Positions 8,847-17,583 of a stretch of DNA of 27,535 nucleotides are shown here, piece by piece. Made by a program: the position numbers and the translations under genes. Under the pieces are notes generated by a model. It ran no database searches, was not told where the DNA came from, and worked only from the letters and a program-made list of their open reading frames with translations. Origin of the DNA: Desulfobacterales bacterium (GTDB taxonomy: Bacteria; Desulfobacterota; DSM-4660; Desulfatiglandales; B25-G16); assembly GCA_013375335.1 (NCBI GenBank), contig JABXJZ010000001.1:1-27535 (forward strand), given 5' to 3'. Numbering within the stretch: position 1 is the first letter of the stretch; each line of letters begins with the position of its first letter.

Positions 8847-9464
8847 ATGGATAGCGTGCCGGAAAAAGGACAGATTTTTGTGGTAACCGCGCCCTCGGGC
8901 AGTGGAAAAACGACATTAATAGATACTGCAAGAAAAAATATAGGGGGGGTCGGTTATTCCATTTCTCATACCACGAGAAAACCGAGGGAAGGGGAGGTGA
9001 ACGGATTACATTATTACTTCATTGATCGAGTTGAGTTTGAAAACATGATTGAGGCTCATGAATTCGTTGAATGGGCCCTTGTCTATGGTCAGCTATATGG
9101 CACCTCCATTTCAACTTTGAACAGGGAACTATGCTCAGGGAAGGACCTCTTGATGGATGTTGATGTACAAGGGGCCAAGGAGATAAAGAGACGGTTTCCC
9201 GAGTCTCTATCAATATTTATCCTTCCCCCATCAATAGAGATTCTCAGGGAGAGGCTGAAGAGGAGATCAACAGATGAAGGGATAAATATAGACCTGCGGA
9301 TGAAAAAGGCAGTAGAGGAGATCCAAAGATGTCGAGATTACGATTTCATTGTTGTAAACGATGATCTAAACCAGGCGGCAAGAGAAATAGAGGCGATTAT
9401 TACGGCACAAAGGGCATGTAGAAACAGACGCCTTCCCTTAGTGCAAAAGATATTTCATATATAG
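8847..9464 (+). CDS. gmk: Guanylate kinase
   Basis: APSGSGKT, SISHTTRKPREGEVNG.HYYF, YGT, DVDVQG and IFILPPS motifs. Confidence 0.95.
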   Translation: MDSVPEKGQIFVVTAPSGSGKTTLIDTARKNIGGVGYSISHTTRKPREGEVNGLHYYFIDRVEFENMIEAHEFVEWALVYGQLYGTSISTLNRELCSGKDLLMDVDVQGAKEIKRRFPESLSIFILPPSIEILRERLKRRSTDEGINIDLRMKKAVEEIQRCRDYDFIVVNDDLNQAAREIEAIITAQRACRNRRLPLVQKIFHI

Positions 9465-9493
9465 AAGCATCTGTAATTGTCGAGGTAGGAGAT

Positions 9494-10234
9494 TTGGCCC
9501 AGGTCATATTCGGCATAAACGCAGTCAAGGAAAACCTTAGGGAAGGTAAGGAAATAGCTGAAGTCTTAGTTTCCAAGCGAAGGGGGGTTGGCCGACTCAC
9601 GGAAATTTTGGATATGGCCAGGGAGAAGAGAATACCGATCAGATTCAAGGATAGGCTCTATTTGGATAAGCTATCTCCCGCGTCCTCTCACCAGGGTGTA
9701 ATAGCCATCGTATGTAATTACAGTTACTTCCGTTTAGATGAGCTGATAAAAGGCGCACGTGCAAACAGAGGGAAAGGGCTTCTCCTTATTGCGGATCACA
9801 TTACTGACGCCGGGAATCTGGGGTCTCTGATCAGGACTGCTGAGTTTTTTGGGGTTCATGGACTTATTTTGCCAAGGGATAGGTCAGCATCCATAACGGA
9901 TACCGTCCACAAAAGGTCAGCGGGTGGATCAGCCTTTCTCCGCGTGGCCAGGGTGACTAATTTAGTGAGAAGTCTCAGACAGTTAGATGATGAGGGTCTT
10001 TGGATAGTAGGGGCTGCAGGGGAAGGGAAGACAAACATCTATGAGTTTGACTGGAATAGGGATCTGGCTCTGGTGATGGGCAGTGAGGGCAAAGGATTAA
10101 GCAATGTTGTGAGGGATCGATGTCATCATTTGGTTAGTATACCAAGATTGGGCCGCCTCAATTCCCTCAATGTATCTGTCGCTGCGGGGATTATCCTGTC
10201 TGAAATAGTGAGGCAGAGGGGCGACTTGGAGTAG
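9494..10234 (+). CDS. rlmB: 23S rRNA (G2251) 2'-O-methyltransferase
   Basis: HQGVIA, DAGNLGSLIRTA, GSEGKG and SLNVSVAAGIIL (SPOUT motifs). TTG start with an SD sequence. Confidence 0.9.
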   Translation: MAQVIFGINAVKENLREGKEIAEVLVSKRRGVGRLTEILDMAREKRIPIRFKDRLYLDKLSPASSHQGVIAIVCNYSYFRLDELIKGARANRGKGLLLIADHITDAGNLGSLIRTAEFFGVHGLILPRDRSASITDTVHKRSAGGSAFLRVARVTNLVRSLRQLDDEGLWIVGAAGEGKTNIYEFDWNRDLALVMGSEGKGLSNVVRDRCHHLVSIPRLGRLNSLNVSVAAGIILSEIVRQRGDLE

Positions 10235-10281
10235 GGGGTAAAGAGTACCCATACGGGAGATCAACAGAGGGTGTTGCCTGT

Positions 10282-10899
10282 TTACTTCTCAATCAGGGGG
10301 AAACCTTTAAGACCGCCGCATGCAAGGAGGGCACTCACAACCTCGCACACAGGCAATCCAACCACATTGGTGTAGGAACCGGTGATGTGCTCAATCATAA
10401 AAGAGCCAATCCCTTGGATGGCATAACCCCCCGCCTTTCCAAAGGGCTCACGGGTCTTAATATAGGCCTCGATTTCGGTTTCGCTTATCCGCTTTATTTT
10501 TACCTTTGTCATGACTGCCTGGACATGAACTGTCTCGCCTCCTGGGTCAACAATGCAGAATCCGGTAATTACCTTATGATTTCTTCCACTCAGATGGAGG
10601 AGCATGTCATGGCACTCCCGGCTATCTCCTGGCTTGCCGAATACCCTCCTGTTCATTACAACTATGGTATCCGCACCTAGGATCCAGCGGCTCTTATGGT
10701 TATGTTGCACCGACTGAGCCTTACGGAGTGCTGTCCGGCATGCAATTTCTGCCGGTTGCATGCCTTCGACAAGGGTTTCCTCTACCATACTTCCGACTGC
10801 CTCAAATGGAATACTAATGTGTTCAAGAATAGCCTTTCGTCTCGGTGAGATAGAGGCAAGCACAAGGGGGTTGTCTTTGCTAATAGGATGATGGGGCAT
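10282..10899 (-). CDS. maf: Maf family nucleoside triphosphate pyrophosphatase
   Basis: LAS.SPRR, GADTIVV, GKP, LSGRNH and KAGGYAIQG...GSYTNVVGLP motifs. Confidence 0.92.
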   Translation of the reverse strand: MPHHPISKDNPLVLASISPRRKAILEHISIPFEAVGSMVEETLVEGMQPAEIACRTALRKAQSVQHNHKSRWILGADTIVVMNRRVFGKPGDSRECHDMLLHLSGRNHKVITGFCIVDPGGETVHVQAVMTKVKIKRISETEIEAYIKTREPFGKAGGYAIQGIGSFMIEHITGSYTNVVGLPVCEVVSALLACGGLKGFPLIEK

Positions 10900-10985
10900 C
10901 GTTATTTGGCCTGATTTTTGAATGCTGTAAACTCTGGGAGCAACCTTTTCTTGGGAAAGGCCATATTATTCTTATGGAATCAAGC

Positions 10986-11007
10986 CCATTTTTCAAACGA
11001 AAAATGG
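10986..11007. promoter_or_regulatory. Perfect 9-bp inverted repeat (candidate operator) between the divergent maf and GAF-ATPase genes
   Basis: CCATTTTTC-aaac-GAAAAATGG. An extended -10-like TGtTAGTAT lies at 11040-11048. Confidence 0.4.
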
Positions 11008-11066
11008 AGTTGAATATTGTGGAAAAAATCCGGAATATATGTTAGTATTTTAATGGAATCGGGAAG

Positions 11067-13394
11067 GTGAGCACAATGGCAGTCCTCGAAACAGACACTG
11101 AGAAAGAAGAAGCCCGTGATATAGAGGCCCTGCAGAAAGAGCTTCAATCCAGCAAGACGCTTAATTTTATCACGAATAAGATAAATTCCTCCAAGGAGAT
11201 TGACGACATATTGCTCAATTTGAGGGAGAGTATCCTTGGTCTATTCGATGCAGACCGCTTAACCATTTATGTAGTTGATGGGGCTAACAAGCAGATCTTT
11301 TCGCGCTTTAAGACAGGTGAAGAGATAAGCCAAATAAGGGTCCCCCTCAACAATAAGAGTATTGCAGGTTATTGTGCTTCCTCTGGAAAAATGGCAAACA
11401 TCATGAATGCCTACGATAGGTATGAATTGAAAGGGATAAGCCCTGAATTGACATTTGACAGGAGCTGGGACGAGAAGACTGGTTATAAAACAAGGCAAGT
11501 TCTAGTTGCTCCCATTAGGTTCAGTAAATACCTATTGGGGGTGATTCAGCTTCTCAACAAGGGCAATGGCAAGCGCTTCACATTGGAAGACGAGCAGACT
11601 CTTGTGGAAATAGCAAAGGTCCTTGGCATTGCCTTTTACAATCAAAGGAAGCTAAAACAAAGCAAAAGAAGGACAAAATTCGATTATCTCATCAGCAACA
11701 ACATGATTAGCCAGAAGGATCTCGGAGAGGCTATGGCCCGTGCACGGAAGGCAAAGAGCAGTGTGGAAACTGTCCTTATGGATAACTATCGCGTGTCCAA
11801 AGAGGACATAGGGAAGTCTCTGAGTGCATTCTATGATACGCGATTCGTCCCCTATGATGAAAGGATGGTCATTCCGGGGCAGTTGCTGAAAGGCCTGAAG
11901 CCAACATACCTGAAGAATAACCTCTTCGTTCCGGTGGCCAAATCGGACTCAAAGATAGTAATCGCAATGGAAAACCCGAATAACTTGCCCGGACAAGACG
12001 CGATAAAAGGGCTCATCCCCGGCGATGAATTCGAGTTCTGTGTTTCCTTGAGGGAAGATATTATCAAGATGATAGACCATTTCTTTGATGTCCAGAGATC
12101 AAGTCTTGGGGTCGAGGCAGGGAGCATCGAAGATATCCTGGGTCAGTTAGACCGCGGAGAGCAAGAAGTAGATGATGAACTTGAAGGGATTAGTGAGGAA
12201 GATGGGGCTATAGTGCAGTTAGTAAATAAAATGGTCATTGATGCCTATAATATGGGGGCCTCTGATATCCATATAGAGCCCATGATGGGTAAGGAAGCTG
12301 CCATTGTCAGGCTCAGGGTTGATGGAATTTGCCATGTATACCAGACGATACCCTACACGTATAAGAATGCCATCTGTTCCCGGGTAAAGATCATGAGCGA
12401 TCTCGACATAGCGGAGCGGCGTCTTCCCCAAGACGGTAAGATAAAATTCAAGAAATATGCCCCATTGGACCTCGAATTGAGGGTGGCTACAATCCCGACC
12501 GCAGCCCGAAATGAGGATGTCGTCATGAGGCTGCTGCCGGCCGGTGACCCGATACCCCTGGAGAAGATGGGTATGAACGGGAGAAATTATGAGGCACTTA
12601 TCGAGATAGTAAAGAAGCCCTATGGCCTTATCCTTTGTGTCGGTCCCACTGGTAGCGGTAAGACCACTACACTCCATTCAGCCTTGCGTTATATAAACAA
12701 TCCGGAGATAAAGATATGGACTGCAGAAGACCCAGTGGAGATCACACAGAAAGGTCTTCGTCAGGTGCAGGTGCAGCCAAAGATCGGGTTCAATTTTGCA
12801 GCTGCCATGAGGTCATTCCTCAGGGCGGACCCAGATGTAATCATGGTTGGAGAGATGAGGGATCACGAGACAGCGTCAACGGGAATTGAGGCATCCCTTA
12901 CTGGTCATCTGGTTCTTTCAACACTTCACACCAATAGCGCGTCTGAGACAATTACACGATTGCTGGATGTGGGAATGGATCCCTTTAATTTTGCCGATGC
13001 CCTTTTGGGTATCCTTGCCCAGAGACTGGTAAGGATCCTATGTAAGAGTTGCAAGGAGGCTTACCATCCGGCAAGGGAGGAGTTTGACTCATTGGTCAGG
13101 GCATATAGTGGAAATTTTGATGCCCTGAAAATCTCCTACAACGATGATCTCACCCTTTACCGCCCCAAAGGCTGCGAGAAGTGTCAGAATACGGGATATA
13201 AGGGAAGAACCGGATTGTTTGAAATCTTGGCTGGTACATCTCAAATGCAGTCCCTGATTCAAAGCAAGGCCAAGATGGAGGAGATCAGGGAACAGGCCAT
13301 AGCCGATGGAATGGCAACCTTAATGCAAGACGGGATACGAAAGACATTTCTTGGCGAAACCGATCTTATGCAAGTAAGGAAGGTCTGCATGTAA
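11067..13394 (+). CDS. GspE/PulE/PilB family secretion/pilus assembly ATPase with an N-terminal GAF domain
   Basis: GAF region at about aa 35-195, ASDIHIEP, LDIAERRLPQDG, Walker A GPTGSGKT, TAEDPVE, Walker B VIMVGEMRD, STLHTN, and zinc knuckle CKSC/CEKC. Alternative start is ATG 11076. Confidence 0.92.
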   Translation: MSTMAVLETDTEKEEARDIEALQKELQSSKTLNFITNKINSSKEIDDILLNLRESILGLFDADRLTIYVVDGANKQIFSRFKTGEEISQIRVPLNNKSIAGYCASSGKMANIMNAYDRYELKGISPELTFDRSWDEKTGYKTRQVLVAPIRFSKYLLGVIQLLNKGNGKRFTLEDEQTLVEIAKVLGIAFYNQRKLKQSKRRTKFDYLISNNMISQKDLGEAMARARKAKSSVETVLMDNYRVSKEDIGKSLSAFYDTRFVPYDERMVIPGQLLKGLKPTYLKNNLFVPVAKSDSKIVIAMENPNNLPGQDAIKGLIPGDEFEFCVSLREDIIKMIDHFFDVQRSSLGVEAGSIEDILGQLDRGEQEVDDELEGISEEDGAIVQLVNKMVIDAYNMGASDIHIEPMMGKEAAIVRLRVDGICHVYQTIPYTYKNAICSRVKIMSDLDIAERRLPQDGKIKFKKYAPLDLELRVATIPTAARNEDVVMRLLPAGDPIPLEKMGMNGRNYEALIEIVKKPYGLILCVGPTGSGKTTTLHSALRYINNPEIKIWTAEDPVEITQKGLRQVQVQPKIGFNFAAAMRSFLRADPDVIMVGEMRDHETASTGIEASLTGHLVLSTLHTNSASETITRLLDVGMDPFNFADALLGILAQRLVRILCKSCKEAYHPAREEFDSLVRAYSGNFDALKISYNDDLTLYRPKGCEKCQNTGYKGRTGLFEILAGTSQMQSLIQSKAKMEEIREQAIADGMATLMQDGIRKTFLGETDLMQVRKVCM

Positions 13395-13403
13395 GATTAT
13401 CCC

Positions 13404-14471
13404 TTAAGGAAAGCTCCCAGGATACATCAAGCCGGTAGTTTCCTCGATCCCCATCATGATATTCATATTCTGCAACGCATTACCCGCCTGACCTTTCACC
13501 AAATTATCAATCACGCTAATGACAATCAGTTTCACCGTTCTTTGGTCTATACAAAGGGAGATATTGCAGAAGTTGCTGCCCCTCACATCAGTTGTACTTA
13601 GGATCTCCCCGTGACTGAATACCCTGATGAATGGCTCTTTCGTATACATACTCTGGTAGGCATCCCTAAGGCTCTCCATATTTGCCCTCTCGAGAAGATT
13701 TGCATAGATAGTTGTGATAATCCCCCTGCTCAGGGGAACAACGTGAGGCGTGAACGTGATCTTGATTTCCTCACCACCTAATAGGCTTAGTTCCCTCTCG
13801 ATTTCGCAGACATGTTGATGGCCAGTTACCTTATAGGCATTCATGGCCTCATATCTGGCTGGGAAGTGGAACGTCGGCGATGGCGTCTTCCCGGCCCCGG
13901 ACGCACCAGTTTTTGCATCAACTACGATATCGTGAGTATCTATCAGGCCTGATTTGAGAGCAGGTGCAAGCCCAAGGATGCAGCTTACCGCAAAACATCC
14001 TGGGTTTCCAACCAGATCTGATTCAGCTATCTCGGCCCTATGCAGCTCTGGCAGGCCATAGGTAGAGGAGGGGAGAATATCCGGATCAGCATGTTCCTCT
14101 GTCCTCCCTATTCTGAGGGCGTAAGAGGCATAGCTATCCTTATCATTAAATCGGAAATCCCCACTATAATCGATTACCTTAACGCCCTTACGCAACCATG
14201 TCCTCGCCCCCTTCTGACCGACACCATCGGGGGTAGCGTAGAAGACAATATCGAAATCATCAGGACAATTAGGGTCTCCTGGATCAAGGACGGGCAGGTC
14301 GCAGAACCCCTTCAAGTGGGGATAAATTACACTAATAGGCTTATTAATATCGCGCTTTTCTATAAGGGCACCCATGGTAACAGAGGGATGATTTATGAGG
14401 CGTTCAATCAGGCCAACCCCGCCATAACCTGCCGCCCCTATGATCCCGACTTTTATCTTTTTCTTTACCAT
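13404..14471 (-). CDS. argC: N-acetyl-gamma-glutamyl-phosphate reductase
   Basis: GAAGYGG, DYSGDFR, YGLPEL, VGNPGCF, KTGASGAG, HQHVCEI and DNLVKGQAGNALQNMN motifs. Confidence 0.95.
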   Translation of the reverse strand: MVKKKIKVGIIGAAGYGGVGLIERLINHPSVTMGALIEKRDINKPISVIYPHLKGFCDLPVLDPGDPNCPDDFDIVFYATPDGVGQKGARTWLRKGVKVIDYSGDFRFNDKDSYASYALRIGRTEEHADPDILPSSTYGLPELHRAEIAESDLVGNPGCFAVSCILGLAPALKSGLIDTHDIVVDAKTGASGAGKTPSPTFHFPARYEAMNAYKVTGHQHVCEIERELSLLGGEEIKITFTPHVVPLSRGIITTIYANLLERANMESLRDAYQSMYTKEPFIRVFSHGEILSTTDVRGSNFCNISLCIDQRTVKLIVISVIDNLVKGQAGNALQNMNIMMGIEETTGLMYPGSFP

Positions 14472-14475
14472 CTTA

Positions 14476-15519
14476 CTAAACGCTAAATCTAAACCTGATT
14501 ATGTCCCCGTCCTGAACTATGTAATTTTTGCCCTCAAGGTGGAGATGGCCATCCTTCTTCGCCTCCGAAAAACTTCCATATCTTACCAATTGATCGTAAG
14601 GGAGGACCTCAGCCTTGATGAATCCCTTTTTCATATCTGAATGGATGAGGTCTGCGGCCTCTATCGCTGAGGTGCCCTTAGTAACTGTCCATGATCTTAC
14701 CTCATTTTCCACGACCGTGAAAAAGGAGATAAGGTTACAGAGGGCAAAGGACCGCTTGATAACCCTATCGATGAGAGATCTCTCAATATGAAAGGCGGAT
14801 AGGAACTCCTTTGCCTCCTCTGGCCCCATCTCTGCTATCTCCATCTCTAGTTTACCTCGAACGACCATGACCTCAACATTCTTGGGGATACGGGGCATTC
14901 TTGGAGGATCCTCATCCTCATCTGAATTGTTAGAGATCAAAAGTAACGGCTTAGCACACAGAAAGGTAAAGCCCTTAAGGAGGGGAGAAGTGGCTATTTC
15001 GGCGTTATCCCGCAAGGGTCTTTCTTCAGATAGAATGTCCCTGCATCTTTCTAAAAGAGAGAGTTCCTCGATAGTCACCCCTTTTCCCTTCCGCTCATCT
15101 GATTTTATCCTCTCGATCCTCTTTTCAGCCACCATAAGATCATTCAATATCATCTCTGATTCCAGCGTGAGGAAATCCTCTTCAGGGGTGGGAGAAGGGC
15201 CCCCAAAGAGCTGGAAATTTCTCACTACATGTATCAACCCGTCACAAGTTCTCACCGCATTAAAGACTATATTTTCCTCTCCCCTCTTGGCATGCTCAGA
15301 ATCCATCAGTCTTGGCGGCAGCAGGTATTCCACCTGAGAATAGGTGGTCTTTTTTGGCTGATATAACTCGGTTAGATAATCTACCCTCTCATCAGGTACG
15401 TTGATGGTTGCGAGCAGCTGATCTCCCGACTTGCCGCCTTTTACGCCACGTTCACCAGTCAGGGCCCTAAAAATGGTAAACCTCCCTGATTGAGGCAATC
15501 CAATGATACCTATTTTCAT
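14476..15519 (-). CDS. YchF/Obg-family protein with a C-terminal DUF933/TGS domain and degenerate nucleotide-binding motifs
   Basis: MKIGIIGLPQSGRFT, VPDERVD.L..LYQPKKTT, LISFFTV....VRSW and A..IHSDM.KGFIKAEV...EGKNYIVQDGDII.FRFSV. Confidence 0.88.
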   Translation of the reverse strand: MKIGIIGLPQSGRFTIFRALTGERGVKGGKSGDQLLATINVPDERVDYLTELYQPKKTTYSQVEYLLPPRLMDSEHAKRGEENIVFNAVRTCDGLIHVVRNFQLFGGPSPTPEEDFLTLESEMILNDLMVAEKRIERIKSDERKGKGVTIEELSLLERCRDILSEERPLRDNAEIATSPLLKGFTFLCAKPLLLISNNSDEDEDPPRMPRIPKNVEVMVVRGKLEMEIAEMGPEEAKEFLSAFHIERSLIDRVIKRSFALCNLISFFTVVENEVRSWTVTKGTSAIEAADLIHSDMKKGFIKAEVLPYDQLVRYGSFSEAKKDGHLHLEGKNYIVQDGDIIRFRFSV

Positions 15520-15523
15520 CTCC

Positions 15524-16246
15524 TCAGCTCCGGCTATTCAGCCCGCCTATCCCCTGCAATGCGTTAAATATATTTCCCCTTATCTTCCTATTTGTCTGAT
15601 AGAGGTTTGAAAGCAGGGACCTGATCTGTGCCCTCTTTGATGATCCCGCCGTAGGACAGCCACTATCTGTCTCTGGGAATCCCATCTCATCAGCATATCT
15701 CTTGATAGTGCTCTCATTTAGCAGAAAAAGAGGTCGTATGATGGAAAGCTTTCCATTAAATAACTCTTGTACGGGCTGAATTGTACCAATTGATCCCGCG
15801 AAAAAGAGGTTCAAGAAGAACGTCTCTATAAGATCATCTTTCTGATGTCCAAATGCTATCTTGTTACATTCGAGTGCTGCCGCCGTTTCGAATATGGCCT
15901 TTCTCTTTAGGCGTGAGCACAAAAAGCAGGGATTTTCCCTGTTTTCCATTCCATGTGCCCATGGACCAAATCTGCTTTCGATAATACGGTAATCAAAACC
16001 GTTTGCCTTGAAAAATGCCTCCATGCTTTTCCCTGTATCCTGTCCGAAGCCTATGTCTACATGCACTGCCATAAGCGTATACGTAATGGGTATCCTTTTC
16101 AGGCGGTCTCTGAGCAACCACAACAGGGATAGGCTATCCCGACCACCTGAGGCGGCTACCAACACTCTATCTCCATCCTCTATCATCTGAAAGCTGGAGA
16201 TGGCCTTACCCATAAGCCTTCTCATTTGTTGACTAGCATAGCTCAA
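15524..16246 (-). CDS. ttcA: tRNA 2-thiocytidine biosynthesis TtcA family (PP-loop) protein
   Basis: SGGRDS PP-loop, PCFLCSRLKR, FGHQKDDLIETFFLN, IIRPL and C-terminal GCP. Confidence 0.8.
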   Translation of the reverse strand: MSYASQQMRRLMGKAISSFQMIEDGDRVLVAASGGRDSLSLLWLLRDRLKRIPITYTLMAVHVDIGFGQDTGKSMEAFFKANGFDYRIIESRFGPWAHGMENRENPCFLCSRLKRKAIFETAAALECNKIAFGHQKDDLIETFFLNLFFAGSIGTIQPVQELFNGKLSIIRPLFLLNESTIKRYADEMGFPETDSGCPTAGSSKRAQIRSLLSNLYQTNRKIRGNIFNALQGIGGLNSRS

Positions 16247-16908
16247 TTATAGCTTCCTTCCCTCTCTCCAAATATCTTGGTCCCTATCCTTACCAAATTT
16301 GCGCCCTCCTCGATGGCCACCTTATAGGAATTCGTCATGCCCATAGAGAGATATCTCATCTCCACAGTTGGTAAACCAAGGTCCTTGAAGTGTTCAAATA
16401 GCTCTCTTGTTCTTGCAAAGTAGGGACGTGATCCCTCCGGGTCTCCGAATCTGGGTCCCATGGTCATAAGGCCCATGATCTTTAGATGACTAAGAGAGGA
16501 GATCTCCCTTATGAGTTGCCCTACATCCTTAGGCGCTACTCCAGTTTTCTGGTCCTCCTCGCCGCTGTTGACTTCAATCAAAACGGGCATGATCTTATTT
16601 TGTCTCTCACAGCACTTTTCTATCTCTTTGGCCAATCTTAAGGAGTCGAGGGATTCGATCACGTCAAAGATACCAACCGCCTTTTTTACCTTATTCGTCT
16701 GCAGATGTCCAATGAAGTGCCACTGGGCTTTTTCCTCAACTTCTTTGTATACCCCTAGGGCCTCCTGCACATAGTTTTCCCCTATGATTGTGATCCCCGC
16801 CCTTATTGCCTCAGATATCTCTTCGGCGCTTCTTTCCTTGGCAGCTGCAAGCAGCGTGACACCCTCTGGTAGTTCACGTAAGAGGCGCTTCACATTTTCC
16901 CTTATCAT
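16243..16908 (-). CDS. yggS: YggS family PLP-binding (PLP homeostasis) protein
   Basis: AAAK (PLP lysine), GENYVQE, WHFIGHLQTNK, GLMTM, LSMGMT and VRIGTKIFGER motifs. Confidence 0.93.
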   Translation of the reverse strand: MIRENVKRLLRELPEGVTLLAAAKERSAEEISEAIRAGITIIGENYVQEALGVYKEVEEKAQWHFIGHLQTNKVKKAVGIFDVIESLDSLRLAKEIEKCCERQNKIMPVLIEVNSGEEDQKTGVAPKDVGQLIREISSLSHLKIMGLMTMGPRFGDPEGSRPYFARTRELFEHFKDLGLPTVEMRYLSMGMTNSYKVAIEEGANLVRIGTKIFGEREGSYN

Positions 16909-16932
16909 CGTGAGGACCCCTGAATGGTTATG

Positions 16933-17580
16933 TTATTGCGAATGGGCGTTTCTTATTAGCAGGGCGGCAACAGGGCAGGCTTCTACACAAGCATAACATT
17001 GCCCGCAGGTAGCCCTGGCCTTATCCCCCTCGCCAAAGAAACTTATGACGGTATCTAACCCCCTTCTTGCAAAGCTTAACATGGCCTGACCATTTTCCCT
17101 CTGGCACATAAAGATACACCGTCCACACAAGACACACCTACTGGGAACATATTCGAGGCAGGGGTGGTCTTGTACTATCTTTACCCTCCGCTCAAGTTGT
17201 TCAAACCTCTTGAGCTTTACGCCGAGATGCAGGTACTTGGCAATCCGTTGCAGCTCACAGCTCCTATTAGCAGGGCATCTCCGGCAATCTACATGATGGA
17301 CGGAGAGGAGCAGCTCAAAGGCAGTTCTCTGTAGTCTTCTCACATGTTCCGTATTGGTCTTGACGATCATCCCTTCTTTGACCTTTATAGTACATGAGGT
17401 TATGGGTTGATTGTATCCATCAACCTCAACAAGGCACAGCCTACATGAACCTGGGGGACTATCCATCTCCTTTAGGTAGCAGAGATTGGGGATATAGATT
17501 CCATTGTCAAGGCAGGCCTGAAGAACAGTCGCTCCCTCTTCGGTCTCGATTTGCCTGTTATCCACTACCAATCTGACCAT
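16933..17580 (-). CDS. Short NuoG/HoxU/HydA-N-like Fe-S protein (2Fe-2S, His-ligated 4Fe-4S, two 4Fe-4S)
   Basis: IPNLCY...SCRLC...ITSC, HHVDCRRCPANRSC, CVLCGRCIFMC and CGQCYACVEACP. It is 215 aa with no catalytic domain. Confidence 0.88.
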   Translation of the reverse strand: MVRLVVDNRQIETEEGATVLQACLDNGIYIPNLCYLKEMDSPPGSCRLCLVEVDGYNQPITSCTIKVKEGMIVKTNTEHVRRLQRTAFELLLSVHHVDCRRCPANRSCELQRIAKYLHLGVKLKRFEQLERRVKIVQDHPCLEYVPSRCVLCGRCIFMCQRENGQAMLSFARRGLDTVISFFGEGDKARATCGQCYACVEACPVAALLIRNAHSQ

Positions 17581-17583
17581 GGA

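Noticed and set aside
10236-10250. Short hairpin GGGTA-N5-TACCC between the convergent rlmB and maf genes
   Set aside because: Only a 5-bp stem with no U-tract, too weak to call a terminator.
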